From an uncultured Gemmatimonadaceae bacterium (GTDB lineage: Bacteria > Gemmatimonadota > Gemmatimonadetes > Gemmatimonadales > Gemmatimonadaceae), in the NCBI GenBank assembly GCA_963761305.1, contig CAVXGK010000001.1, forward strand, positions 96,001-160,000: a DNA stretch of 64,000 nucleotides, given 5' to 3'. Shown here one piece after another: positions 18,105 to 28,230 of this stretch. A program made the position numbers and the translations under genes. Under the pieces are notes generated by a model. That model did no database searches. It saw nothing but the letters and a program-made list of their open reading frames with translations, and was not told the DNA's origin. Positions within the stretch are counted from its first letter, which is position 1. Every line of letters begins with the position of its first letter.

Positions 18105-19036
18105 CGTCCGAGCAGGCCAAGCGGTTCCGCCAAGCGTTCGATGTCGACGCACGACATCGCGCGTGGCCCGAGCTGTTGATTGCGGGTGCACTCACCGCGG
18201 CCGTGTTCGCGGCGGCGACCGTGTCGATGACGTCGGTGCTGCCATTGGTGAGATCTCACTCCGATCTCGCCGCCGATCGTTCGCGAACGCGCGTCACGTT
18301 TCTGGAAACGCATCGGCCGATTCCGCAAAGGCCGGCACGAACGCCGCGGCCACCGCGCGCGGTTCCGAAAGCGTCTTTACCCGTCAAAGCTCCGCCGGTG
18401 CGCGCGACGACTCCACCGGTGACCACACAGCCGATCGATACGGGGCGCATTGCATTGCGCGCGCGGCTCACCGACATCACTCCTCCGAGCCCGGTCGCGA
18501 GCCCTTCACCATCGCCGACCGCGCCCACCGTCGGCCGAGGAGCGCCGGACGCGCCGGCGGGTCTCACAATGAGCTCGCGAGCCGCTCGCAACTTCGCGAC
18601 GATGACATCGCGCGACTCGGCGTTTGCCGTGCGGGCAAAGGACGCGCACGACCTGGCGCGCTGGCAGGCGATGAGCGTGGCCACCGCCGGCGACATCGCG
18701 CAGAGCCAGCGCGAGGCCAAGCAGCTCGCGCAGCGCGTGGCCACGGCCGGGAATTCCGGCGACGTGCACGTGATGTCCGGCAACGGCAAAGACGGCGTCG
18801 GTGCCGCCGGCGGCGGCGGCCTCGGCGGAAGCATCGGGTTGCCGCTGTTTTCACGCGGACCGTCGCGCGCGCAACGCGTGCGCGACTCGATCACCGACGC
18901 CGACGTCCGCGCCGGACTGGCCGTTTTGGCCGCGCGCATCGCCGCAAAACGCGACTCCATCCGCGCCGATTCGATCCGCGCCGACTCGACGCGCGCCGAC
19001 TCCATCCGCCGGCTCGCCCGGTCGCGAAAGCCATAG
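18092..19036 (+). CDS. Hypothetical membrane-anchored Pro-rich protein
   Basis: TM helix, Pro/Thr-rich linker, C-terminal RADSI repeats; GGAGG 5 nt before the ATG. Confidence 0.65.
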   Translation: MPPLASEQAKRFRQAFDVDARHRAWPELLIAGALTAAVFAAATVSMTSVLPLVRSHSDLAADRSRTRVTFLETHRPIPQRPARTPRPPRAVPKASLPVKAPPVRATTPPVTTQPIDTGRIALRARLTDITPPSPVASPSPSPTAPTVGRGAPDAPAGLTMSSRAARNFATMTSRDSAFAVRAKDAHDLARWQAMSVATAGDIAQSQREAKQLAQRVATAGNSGDVHVMSGNGKDGVGAAGGGGLGGSIGLPLFSRGPSRAQRVRDSITDADVRAGLAVLAARIAAKRDSIRADSIRADSTRADSIRRLARSRKP

Positions 19037-19080
19037 CGCCGATGCGGTGACTCGCGCCCGCCGCGGCTCGTCCCTGCGGT

Positions 19081-19728
19081 ATGGCGTCCATTAAAGAATT
19101 CTCTAGCCGCCTCTATCAAATTGTTACAGTTTGCGCCGTGTTGCCGATCGCGGCCGGCGCGCAAGCGCCCCTCCCGCTCGACACGCTTGCCGTCATCGTC
19201 GGCCCGGGCGTGCGCGGCTCGGTCGGCACACAAAACGTTCGCACGGGCGACCTCGCCGGCGACGACGTGCGGACGCTCACGATCGTCGCGGCACGCGGAA
19301 GCAAGATTCCCTACGCCCTCGCGGCCGACAGCGGCTACGAACGTCCGGTCATCATGCTCGACGATGACTCGGTAGCGATGAACGGAACGATCACCCTCAC
19401 CGGCGACCATGCATTGATCGTCGCCGCGGAGCGCGCGATCACCGTCGGCAGCGCGAATCGCAGGATGTACGAATTGCTCCGGCAACAGCTCACCGCGCGC
19501 GATCCATTCGCGGCGTTCGTCGCCATCGAGTGCGAGACCGAGCGGCTGCTGCGCGTGTTCCCGGACTCAGGTGAGAAACTGATCGACGCGGCCGAGCAGA
19601 AGGCGATCGATCCGGCGCGCGACGCCAAGGCCCTCCGCCGCATCGACGCGGCGCTGGGCGGTCACGCGTTCGGCGGCTGCGTGGAGGATCGGAAGACGTA
19701 TCTGAAAGCGTCGCAGAAGACGCGGTGA
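19081..19728 (+). CDS. Hypothetical secreted protein
   Basis: 215-aa ORF with signal-peptide-like 'AVLPIAAGAQ'. Confidence 0.7.
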   Translation: MASIKEFSSRLYQIVTVCAVLPIAAGAQAPLPLDTLAVIVGPGVRGSVGTQNVRTGDLAGDDVRTLTIVAARGSKIPYALAADSGYERPVIMLDDDSVAMNGTITLTGDHALIVAAERAITVGSANRRMYELLRQQLTARDPFAAFVAIECETERLLRVFPDSGEKLIDAAEQKAIDPARDAKALRRIDAALGGHAFGGCVEDRKTYLKASQKTR

Positions 19729-19731
19729 ACG

Positions 19732-22194
19732 TTACGGCTTCTGGTGGAAGCGAATCGTCCAGATCACCAACACGCCGCACGTCGAATTGAGGCCGCTGTA
19801 GCGCGCGGGCGTCTCTGCCGCGCTGGCGTAGTACTCGATGGCTTCGATTTCACTCACCGGAATCGAGTTCACGTCAAAAAGGTCCTCGCCACTTCTCCCG
19901 TTGTACGCCAGGACGTTGTCGACGTACACCTGTGAGTAACACGCCGAAGTAGCGCCAAGATTGTGGCTGTTCGGATCAGGCTGGACCAGACGGGTTCCGC
20001 GCGAGCTCTTGATCCACGATCGAGCTCCCATTTTCGATCGCTCCACCCCCAAGCCTGGGATTGTCTCGAGGACGGAGGCGGTCGACGGGCCGTTTTCGAG
20101 CTTCGCCAAGTCGGCGCGGGTGAGAAAGTGGCCGAGCCCGACACGTCGGTTCTCCTCGAAACTCCACATGATCTTGTCGACCACCGATTCAGTGACGATC
20201 ACCGAATCCAGCGTCACCGCGCGCACCAACTCGAAGCGTCGCCGCACGGCGCGGTCCGCGGCGAACGCGAGGCTCGTGTCGATCGCGCGGTAGCCGATGC
20301 GGCGGACGAGCACATGCTGTTTGCCCGCTGGCACGGCGTCGATCCGAAACTCACCGGCCGCGTCGGTCACAGCGCTCTTGGACAGCTCGGGCAACGATAC
20401 GTCCGCGACGACGATTGGCTTACCCGCCGAGTCGACGACCGTCCCGACGAACGCGGCGGCGTCAGCGTGCGCGATGCGGCCGATGCTGAGCTCAGCGCGT
20501 GCGAAGCGGCCGCCGGGCGGAATGCGCACGACGACGGGCGCGCCACCCGAGTCTCCGGCGGTGAGCGAGATGGATTTGTCGACCGGCACGCCGCAGAGGC
20601 GGAATACGCCGTGTGCATCGGTGCGTGCGTCGAGGAATTGTTCCCGCGTGCTCGCATTCGCGGCATCCTGCGCGCCGAGGGGCATGAAAGCCTGTCTCCA
20701 CGAGGCGGTGACCTTCGCGTTGCGCGGCGCGGCCGAATCGCCGGCCACCGACACGGTGCCGATCACGATGCCCGGCCACTCGAGCTGTCGGCCGCCGCAG
20801 ACGAGCGCGAGAAGCTGCGCCGAGCTCGGCACGCGCACGGCGATCGGCGCCGAGGAGTCGGTGAACGCGATCGGAACCTGACGCACTGCGTTCACCGAAT
20901 CGAGCGACGGCGTACGGACCTCCATCGTGTACTCGCCGAGCAGAACGCCCTGGATCGAGAAGCGGCCGCGCGCGTCGGTCGAGTCGGCGAGCGTCGTTCC
21001 GGCAAGTTTGACTCGCGCGCCCGCGATCGACTTACCCGAGATCGAGTCCGCGACGGTACCCGACAGGGCGACCAGCGGCCGCGTCCACAATGTGTCGGTG
21101 CCCTGACGCGCGAGCGCGAGCTCCCCGCCGGCGACGTGAATCGCCGTCACCTTGAGCTGGTTGCCGCCCAGAGACTGCGAGCGAGCCACCAGCTCGATCA
21201 GCGGCATACGAATGCTCCAATGAGAGATCACCCACGATCCGTTCGCCATGCGGATGAAGCCGGCGTCGCCGCGCGCGTTGTCCTCCTGCTCGGGCAACAC
21301 GTTGGAGTAGCGGAACTCCAGGCTCCGCAGCTCGGCCGTCTTGGCGTCGAGCCAGAGCGTGCCGCGGATCTCCGGCGTCTTGCGGCGGTCGGGCGTCGGC
21401 TCGAATGCCAGCCCGAGGCGACCGCGGTCGACCGTCAAATGGAAGCAATGGTCGTCGACGAACGCCGGGGCGAGCAGCACCTCGAGGCCGGGCGCGTAGT
21501 ACGTCGTCGAGTTGTCGCGGTCGGTGACGACATAGCCCTTCGTGTGAAGCGCCTCCGGCGAAGCCGAGGCCCATGGCTCGCGCACGTAGCCCGAGTGGAC
21601 GGTCGAGGTCTGGGTGCGAACTCGGCGCGCGTCGGGCTCGAGCGTGCGGTCGTACGAGATGACCGTCGTGAAGACGCTGCGCGCGGCGGCGGTGAGCGCC
21701 GCCGCGGTGACGGCGCCTCGTACCTGCTCCCACACGGCGAACGCGGATCCCGAATCGGAGAGCGCGCGACAGGCGTTGCGTTCGGCGACGCGCACCGTGT
21801 CGAGCCCGATGGGAAGCCCAGTGAGGACGATGCGCCGGGTGACGTCGGGGCCGGGCTGCAGCGCGATCGGCGGCGACTCGGTGGGGCGAAACCCAATGCG
21901 CAGCGTGTGCAACCGGTAGTTGCCGGCGGTGCCGGCCACGACGCGAAATTCTCCCTGCGCGTTGGTCAGCGCTCGGGCCGCGACGTGCGACGCGCTGTCG
22001 ACGAGCTGGACGACGACGCCCGGGACCGGCGTCTGCGCACCGTCGACGACGATGCCGCGGATGGACTGCGCCGTGACGGCCGCCGGGAGGGCGGAGAGCG
22101 CAATCGCAAAAATGACGGCAGCCGAAGAACGCACGAGAGTCCTCGGTGGGGCGAGCGTCGACTTTAGGATGCAGCGCCCCTGTCGGGCGCGCAA
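19732..22194 (-). CDS. Carboxypeptidase-regulatory-like repeat protein with C-terminal TonB-dependent plug-like domain (start uncertain)
   Basis: Repeated G.V.D...P..G..V / T...G.F modules; C-terminal 'IPVSEIEAIEYY...CGVLVIWT'. Confidence 0.8.
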   Translation of the reverse strand: MRARQGRCILKSTLAPPRTLVRSSAAVIFAIALSALPAAVTAQSIRGIVVDGAQTPVPGVVVQLVDSASHVAARALTNAQGEFRVVAGTAGNYRLHTLRIGFRPTESPPIALQPGPDVTRRIVLTGLPIGLDTVRVAERNACRALSDSGSAFAVWEQVRGAVTAAALTAAARSVFTTVISYDRTLEPDARRVRTQTSTVHSGYVREPWASASPEALHTKGYVVTDRDNSTTYYAPGLEVLLAPAFVDDHCFHLTVDRGRLGLAFEPTPDRRKTPEIRGTLWLDAKTAELRSLEFRYSNVLPEQEDNARGDAGFIRMANGSWVISHWSIRMPLIELVARSQSLGGNQLKVTAIHVAGGELALARQGTDTLWTRPLVALSGTVADSISGKSIAGARVKLAGTTLADSTDARGRFSIQGVLLGEYTMEVRTPSLDSVNAVRQVPIAFTDSSAPIAVRVPSSAQLLALVCGGRQLEWPGIVIGTVSVAGDSAAPRNAKVTASWRQAFMPLGAQDAANASTREQFLDARTDAHGVFRLCGVPVDKSISLTAGDSGGAPVVVRIPPGGRFARAELSIGRIAHADAAAFVGTVVDSAGKPIVVADVSLPELSKSAVTDAAGEFRIDAVPAGKQHVLVRRIGYRAIDTSLAFAADRAVRRRFELVRAVTLDSVIVTESVVDKIMWSFEENRRVGLGHFLTRADLAKLENGPSTASVLETIPGLGVERSKMGARSWIKSSRGTRLVQPDPNSHNLGATSACYSQVYVDNVLAYNGRSGEDLFDVNSIPVSEIEAIEYYASAAETPARYSGLNSTCGVLVIWTIRFHQKP

Positions 22195-22204
22195 CGGCGA
22201 TGGA

Positions 22205-22897
22205 CTAGCTCGCCTTCCCCGGTAGTGCTCGTGTGACTTCGTGAATCAAACGTTGCGCGACAGCGTCGCCCAACGAGTCGGCCGCGGCCAGCGCGGGCTG
22301 GGCATCGGACGCGCTGGCGGTGACGCCGGCCGGCAGCTTGACGGGAATGACGATTCGCACCAGCGCTTCCTCGGTGTGCCCGAGGAGCGTCGCGTCGCGC
22401 AGCAGATTCCACTTCACCTGGTACTCGCTCGCCACGACCCGCCCGCGACCCTGATACCAGTAGTACACGATGTCGGTCGCCGGTCCGTTCTTGAGGACGT
22501 AGTGATTCACGTCGTGTGATGCGCCGTCCACCACGACCGACCGCGTGCCCCCGCGCAGCACTTCCCAACCGGCGCCGGGCAGACAGTTGCGCGGCGAATG
22601 GATCGTCTTGCCCTGCCCTTGCCGGTCGTAGTACGAGACGAGCGTCTGAAAGACCGGGACCGTGTCGCGCCGATACGTGCGGGCGACGTAGTCCGACATG
22701 CCGGCGACCTGCCGCTCCTCGTCGCCGAGGTGCAGATCGACGACCGAGTAGCCGTCGAGGCTCGGGATGATCGAGGTCAGCGGCGCGGCCAGCGACATCT
22801 GCCGCTGGGTGTGCGTCTGCCACACGAAACCGCAGCCGACGAGCAGCACGAGCGCCGGCACGAACGCGCGCCATCCGAGCCCGCTCGGCCTACGCAT
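22205..22897 (-). CDS. epsI: EpsI family protein (exosortase-associated)
   Basis: 'IHSPRNCLPGAGW', 'YYWYQGRGR', 'ALVRI'; directly downstream of the exosortase. Confidence 0.9.
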   Translation of the reverse strand: MRRPSGLGWRAFVPALVLLVGCGFVWQTHTQRQMSLAAPLTSIIPSLDGYSVVDLHLGDEERQVAGMSDYVARTYRRDTVPVFQTLVSYYDRQGQGKTIHSPRNCLPGAGWEVLRGGTRSVVVDGASHDVNHYVLKNGPATDIVYYWYQGRGRVVASEYQVKWNLLRDATLLGHTEEALVRIVIPVKLPAGVTASASDAQPALAAADSLGDAVAQRLIHEVTRALPGKAS

Positions 22898-23819
22898 GCT
22901 GCGCCTCCGGCTGCCGTCCGATGCGCTCCGCGAGACCGCCGAGCCACGCCATCAAGCCGAGCACGGACAGCGACACGAGGAAGAGCAGCCATCCTTCGGT
23001 GAGGTGCATGAAGCCCTCGCCGTACGACGGGCTCACGTAGTAGACGAGAAAGCCGGTGAGGAACACGCGCACGCCGTTGACGACGATCGCCACCGGCGCG
23101 GCGAGGAGCACGAGCGCCACGCGCGTGAGCGGACGCTTGAGCACGAGCGCGCTGAGGAGCACGGCCATGCTGAGGAGCGCGGTGAGCGAGCGCAGTCCAC
23201 TGCACGCCTCGGTGACGAACAGCTCGCGTCCGGGCAGTTGGATCACGTTGCCGGCGAGCCGCACCGGCACGTTTCTCATGTGCAGCAACGCGGCGCCCAT
23301 GCGCGACGCCTTGAACTGAAGCGGCATCGCCAGCGCCTGCGTGATCAACTCGGGCAGCGGAATGGAAAGACAGATCAGTGCGAACGGCAGCCACCATCGA
23401 AGGAGCTGCTTGAACCCGAATTCGTAAACGGTGATGCCGGCGAGCGCGATCACCACCGAACCGCGCATCGTGAACAATTCGGCGGCCAGCCCCGAGGCCG
23501 TGCGAACGAGCACCGCGATCAACAGCAGCGTGACGCCGAGCGTGCGATTGGGCTTTGCATCTGGACCGATGCCCGACTTCCACGCCATCCAAACGGCCAC
23601 CGGCGCGAGCAGCAATCCGTGCCCGGCTTCGGGCATCGTCCACCAGTCGCGCGCGAGCAGGTAGATCGGCTTGCCGAAGAGGATCGCGAAAACGACGGCG
23701 GTCGCCGCCCACGGGAGATAAGCAACCGCGCTCGCCGGCGCGGCGCGCTCACCGGCGGCGGGCTGTGCGACGCCGGAAGAAATCGAAGTGGATGAAGCCG
23801 AGGAAAGACCGGTTTCCAA
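22890..23819 (-). CDS. Exosortase (EpsH family); start uncertain
   Basis: 'HGLLLAPV', catalytic 'VTEACSGLRSL', 'NGVRV', late His. Confidence 0.92.
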   Translation of the reverse strand: METGLSSASSTSISSGVAQPAAGERAAPASAVAYLPWAATAVVFAILFGKPIYLLARDWWTMPEAGHGLLLAPVAVWMAWKSGIGPDAKPNRTLGVTLLLIAVLVRTASGLAAELFTMRGSVVIALAGITVYEFGFKQLLRWWLPFALICLSIPLPELITQALAMPLQFKASRMGAALLHMRNVPVRLAGNVIQLPGRELFVTEACSGLRSLTALLSMAVLLSALVLKRPLTRVALVLLAAPVAIVVNGVRVFLTGFLVYYVSPSYGEGFMHLTEGWLLFLVSLSVLGLMAWLGGLAERIGRQPEAQHA

Positions 23820-23982
23820 TGTTCCAGTTCTCGGGGCTGGGGCGAGCCTGTCTCGAGCAGTCCGAAGGCCCCAAAAACGCGGCGGGGCGCTCGGGCAATA
23901 TACGATTTGGACGAGCGAGCGCCGCCGCCCATTTCGATACACGCCGGACTTCGCGACCGAAAAAAGGGAACAAAAGACCCGC

Positions 23983-24558
23983 TCAGCGGTCTTTGACGCG
24001 CCCCATTGCGTAGCGGAAGGCGAGGATCGCGGCCGCGACGTAGGCGATCTCGTCAGACCCGCCCATGACCGCCGTCCGCACGACAGCCTTTCTGGCGGCC
24101 ATCACCGCCGCGCCGTCGGGGGCGTGCAGCGCGAGCGGCACGTCGAGCGCGAACAGGGCCAGAATCGCCGCCACGGCCATGAACAGGAGGAGAAACAGAA
24201 CCCCCATGAACGTGACTGCCTCGCGTTTGCCTCGTGCCAGAAAGCTGGCGAGCAGGACGATGAGTCCGATCGTGAGCAGCGGCAGCGACGAGATCGTGGC
24301 GGCGGCCGCACCGAACTCCCACTCCCGACTCTGAAACGCGGCGGGGAACCACTGCGTGAGCACGTCGCTCCCACCGAGTACCGCCAGCAGCACGCCGAGC
24401 CAGCCGACCATCTGCCACGCCGTGTTCGGCGCCCCGATGCTGATGGGATCGCGCGCCCTTCGATCCGCCTGGATGACTACGTGGGGGGCAGAGTTGGGCG
24501 GCGTCGTTTCCGGCACACCGCGCCCGCGCTTGAGCTCCGCTTCAGTCGCCACAGACAC
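23983..24558 (-). CDS. Hypothetical multi-pass membrane protein
   Basis: Hydrophobic helices with 'WFP...WEFG' motif. Confidence 0.75.
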   Translation of the reverse strand: MSVATEAELKRGRGVPETTPPNSAPHVVIQADRRARDPISIGAPNTAWQMVGWLGVLLAVLGGSDVLTQWFPAAFQSREWEFGAAAATISSLPLLTIGLIVLLASFLARGKREAVTFMGVLFLLLFMAVAAILALFALDVPLALHAPDGAAVMAARKAVVRTAVMGGSDEIAYVAAAILAFRYAMGRVKDR

Positions 24559-24676
24559 ACACTCCGCCGGTCGGAAACCACCGGCCGATCAACACGCTGG
24601 AAACAACGCGAACGACGAATATGCAAACGCTCTAAACGAACGGCAACAGATTCAGCGGTAACGAAGCGAAACGGAT

Positions 24677-26560
24677 TCAGCGGTAGCCGGCAGCCTGCAT
24701 CGCAAACAATTCCGCGTAGAGTCCGCCAGCCAAGACCAATTCGTCGTGCGTTCCCTGCTCGACGATCTCGCCCTTCGTGAGCACGACGATGCGATCGGCC
24801 ATGCGCACCGTCGAGAAACGATGCGAGATGACGACCGCCATGCGCCCCGCCATCAGCGCGTTAAATCGCACGAAAACGTCATACTCGGCCCGCGCGTCGA
24901 GCGCGGCGGTGGGCTCGTCGAGAATCAATAGCTGCGCGTCGCGCATGTACGCTCTGGCGAGCGCGACCTTTTGCCACTCCCCGCCCGAGAGGTCGACGCC
25001 GTCGTCGAAGCGTCGCCCGAGCATTTGCCGATACGACTGTGGCAGCCTCGGCAGGAGCGACGCGGCAAGTGACTTCTCCGCGGCGCGCGCAATCGACTCC
25101 GGCGGCGTGCCGTTGGTCTCCGACGTTTCGGCGTCGAGATATTGTCGCACGTCTTCGACTTCGCCCACGCCCACGTTCTCGTCGAAGCGCATGTCGTAGC
25201 GAACGAAGTCCTGGAAGATCACGCCAATCGTGTGCCGGACTTGGTCGAGGTCGTACTCGCGGAGGTCGACGCCGTCGAGGAGGATTCGTCCTTCGGTCGG
25301 TTCGTAGAGGCGCGCCAACAGCTTGGTGAGCGTCGTCTTGCCCGCGCCGTTCTCGCCGACGAGCGCCACGCGCTCGCCCGGCAAGAGCGAGAACGACAGA
25401 TGCCGAACCGCCCAATGCTCGCTGCCGGGATACTTGAAGCCGACGTCGTCGAAAACGAATCCGCGTCGGATCGGTCTCGGCACGGCCAGCGCGCCGGGCT
25501 GGCTGCGAATCGTCGGCTTCATGTCGAAGAAGTCGAACAGGTCCTTGAGGTAGAGACTCTGCTCGTAGATGCCGCTCGCAGACATGAGCAGCGATTGGAT
25601 CAGATCGCGGCTCTGCCGGAATGACGATGCGAGAAAGGTGAGCGTGCCGATCGAGATCGCGCCGACGATCGCGCGCAGCAACACGACCACATAGGCGGCG
25701 TAGTAGCCCGCCGTTCCAAGCAGCGAGAGCGCCGAGCTGACGCCGGCTTTCTTGAGCGAGAGCGAGCGGTTCTCGTCGTAGAAGCGATCCGACAGCACGC
25801 GATAGCGCTCGATGAGCCACGGGGCGAGCCCGAACAGCTGCACCTCTTTCGCCGTCCGGTCGCTCGCGCCGACGAAGCGCACGTAGTCGAGCTGCCGCCG
25901 CTGGGGCGTCCAGCGGAACAGCAGCGCGTACGACAGCGCCGCGAAGTGCGTCTCGCCGAGGAAGCTGGGGAGCACGGCCAGGACGAGCAGGACGAGGAGC
26001 CATGGCGCCTGGGCGGCTAGCGCGACGCTCAGCGAGGCCAGCGTGAGCAGGCTCTGCCCCATGCCCAGCAGCTGAGTGAGCAAGGCCACTCGGCCGGACG
26101 TGCCCTGCCGGGCGCGCTCGAGGTGGTCGTAGAAGGCCGGGTCCTCGAACTGGTGCAGGTCGAGCGTGGCGGCGTGTTCCATGAGCCGGATGCTCATCCG
26201 GTTCGTGAAGCGGTCGGCGAGGAGCGATTCGATCAGTCCGGACGTTCGCGCCAACAACTCCCCCGTGACGACCGTAGCCATTTCGAGCGCAACGAGGGAC
26301 CACAGGTGGTGAGACGACCCACCGGATCGTGCCAACCGAATCACCTCATCGATGATCAGCTTCCCGACCCAGAGCGTCGCGACGGGCACAAAGGATCGTA
26401 TCGCGCGGAGCACGATCATCGCCGTGGTGTATCCGCGGTGTGTCTCCCAAACGAGCCCGATGAGCCGCGGGACCAGCCGCATCGCGGCAAGGCGTTCGCG
26501 GAGCGGCGGCTTCGGCGCGCCGGAATCCGAACGCCCTCGCACGATCATGGGATGAGCCAT
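24677..26560 (-). CDS. ABC transporter, fused permease/ATP-binding protein
   Basis: Walker A GENGAGKTT, signature LSGGEWQK, Walker B LILDEPT, ISHRFSTVR; start at 26560 or 26548. Confidence 0.93.
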   Translation of the reverse strand: MAHPMIVRGRSDSGAPKPPLRERLAAMRLVPRLIGLVWETHRGYTTAMIVLRAIRSFVPVATLWVGKLIIDEVIRLARSGGSSHHLWSLVALEMATVVTGELLARTSGLIESLLADRFTNRMSIRLMEHAATLDLHQFEDPAFYDHLERARQGTSGRVALLTQLLGMGQSLLTLASLSVALAAQAPWLLVLLVLAVLPSFLGETHFAALSYALLFRWTPQRRQLDYVRFVGASDRTAKEVQLFGLAPWLIERYRVLSDRFYDENRSLSLKKAGVSSALSLLGTAGYYAAYVVVLLRAIVGAISIGTLTFLASSFRQSRDLIQSLLMSASGIYEQSLYLKDLFDFFDMKPTIRSQPGALAVPRPIRRGFVFDDVGFKYPGSEHWAVRHLSFSLLPGERVALVGENGAGKTTLTKLLARLYEPTEGRILLDGVDLREYDLDQVRHTIGVIFQDFVRYDMRFDENVGVGEVEDVRQYLDAETSETNGTPPESIARAAEKSLAASLLPRLPQSYRQMLGRRFDDGVDLSGGEWQKVALARAYMRDAQLLILDEPTAALDARAEYDVFVRFNALMAGRMAVVISHRFSTVRMADRIVVLTKGEIVEQGTHDELVLAGGLYAELFAMQAAGYR

Positions 26561-27184
26561 CGGGACAAAGTTACCGCGGACCTGGCGGAGACAGGGGATT
26601 CGGCGGGGTCCCCAAACGCTCCGGGCGCGGGGGCTGTAGCACCGGCAGCGGAGGATGAGCGCTCGATCGTCGACCGGGTCCAGCGGGGCGACGTCGCCGC
26701 TTTCGACGCGCTCGTGCGCCGCTACATCGATCGGGCGCTCGTCGTCGCCAGACGAATCACCGGCAACACGCACGACGCAGAGGATTTGGTGCAGGATGCG
26801 TTCATGCGGGCGCTCGACCGGATCGGCAGCTTCGACAACACACGTCCATTCGGACCGTGGTTCTTTCGCGTACTCACCAACACAGGGCTGAACGCCCGTC
26901 GCGCGCGCGTGCTGCGCATGACGGAGCCGGAAGCCGTCGACGCGCCGTCGAGCGACGCGCTGCCGGACGAGGTGGTGGAGCGCCACGAGATCCGCGAACG
27001 GTTCGACGCCGCCTTGGCGTCGCTTTCACCGAGGCAGCGATTGATCGTCACTCTGTTCGAGGTGGACGAGGTACCTTCGTCCGAGATCGCCGCGCGATTG
27101 GGTATTGCGCAGGAGACGGTTCGGTGGCATTTGCATCAGGCACGACTCCTCTTGCGCCAAGCGCTGGGAATCGTAAGAGATTGA
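26552..27184 (+). CDS. ECF RNA polymerase sigma factor (start uncertain)
   Basis: 'AFDALVRRY', 'DAEDLVQDAF', region 4 'EIAARLGIAQETVRWHL'. Confidence 0.92.
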   Translation: MSHRDKVTADLAETGDSAGSPNAPGAGAVAPAAEDERSIVDRVQRGDVAAFDALVRRYIDRALVVARRITGNTHDAEDLVQDAFMRALDRIGSFDNTRPFGPWFFRVLTNTGLNARRARVLRMTEPEAVDAPSSDALPDEVVERHEIRERFDAALASLSPRQRLIVTLFEVDEVPSSEIAARLGIAQETVRWHLHQARLLLRQALGIVRD

Positions 27185-27203
27185 GACGGCAACGGAGACC
27201 GGA

Positions 27204-27635
27204 GTGACGCCGATGCGCTCTTCCTCACCGCACGAGCCGCTGGATCGCGATCCGCCGCGAGACGCCGCGCTGGCCGCGGAGCTCGTGCGCCACGACGCGA
27301 TCGCGACGGACACCGACGCGCTTCGCGCCGCGATCACGGCGAGTGCGCGCCAGCGCCTGGCTCGTCTCGAGGCAGGTTCCGGCGACGCCTGGTGGGAGTG
27401 GACGGCACGGTGGGGTCACGCGGCGATTCCGATCGCGTGCGCCGCGGCCGTCATCGGCGTCGCCGCCACGACGATGCTCGCGCTGCCCGCCGTCGAGGAG
27501 CAGCAGATGCTTCGCGCACCGGTGGTCGCCTTCGCGACCGTCGCGTCGCCCGCCGAGTCCGGAACGCAGCTCATGGATTCGCTCGTCGGCCCGGCGACGC
27601 ACGACTGGGTGCTGAACGGGGCCGTCGCTCGATGA
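27204..27635 (+). CDS. Putative single-TM anti-sigma factor
   Basis: Directly after the ECF sigma gene; one TM helix. Confidence 0.6.
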   Translation: MTPMRSSSPHEPLDRDPPRDAALAAELVRHDAIATDTDALRAAITASARQRLARLEAGSGDAWWEWTARWGHAAIPIACAAAVIGVAATTMLALPAVEEQQMLRAPVVAFATVASPAESGTQLMDSLVGPATHDWVLNGAVAR

Positions 27636-28090
27636 GCGGTCGCGGGACCGCTGCCGTCGTTCTCGCGCTGTGCGTCTCGGTGGGCGTGATCGGTGGAGTC
27701 GTGCTCGATCGCGTGCTGTTGATCCCGCATCACATCGGCCGGCGTGCGCCGCGCGGCGCACGTCCTGTGTGGCCGGCCAGTCAAGAAGCGTCGCGCGACC
27801 GCCTGGCCAGAGAGCTCGCCCTCAGCGACGCGCAGCGCACGCAGCTCGATTCGGTGCTGTCACGCCAGACGGCGCGCTTCCGCGCGACGCGCGAGCAGAT
27901 TCAGCCGCAGATGGACAGCATCTTCGAGCAGACGCGCGCGCAGATCGATTCGATGCTGACGCCACCGCAGCGCGAACAGCTCAAGACGATTCGCGACCGG
28001 AACGTCTTTGGCTTTCCGCCGGGGCTGGGCCCGAGACCAGGAGATTCGTCGCGGCCGAGGCGGAGAGGTCGGACGGGCGGCGGCGGGTAG
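27632..28090 (+). CDS. Spy/CpxP-like periplasmic protein
   Basis: 'LALSDAQR' and 'LTPPQR' LTxxQ motifs; ATGA coupling to the upstream gene. Confidence 0.75.
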   Translation: MSGRGTAAVVLALCVSVGVIGGVVLDRVLLIPHHIGRRAPRGARPVWPASQEASRDRLARELALSDAQRTQLDSVLSRQTARFRATREQIQPQMDSIFEQTRAQIDSMLTPPQREQLKTIRDRNVFGFPPGLGPRPGDSSRPRRRGRTGGGG

Positions 28091-28230
28091 CGAGGAGTGC
28101 GGTGGCGGGGTGCGGAGAACTGGGACGGGTGCGGTGGCGGGGTGCCGAGGCTTGGGACGTGCGACGGGCGGAGTCGGGGGAAAGAGCTCCCGCCCGTTTA
28201 GCGGTCCACCGGTCCACCGGTCCACCTGCT

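Noticed and set aside
19963..22167. Long antisense ORFs (734 aa here; similarly 52283-54754, 40502-42418, 60064-61818)
   Set aside because: Shadow ORFs opposite well-supported genes, expected in high-GC DNA.
22205..23819. Exosortase/EpsI as a novel system or as the RiPP protease
   Set aside because: A known PEP-CTERM sorting module lying outside the island; no PEP-CTERM substrate seen in the window.
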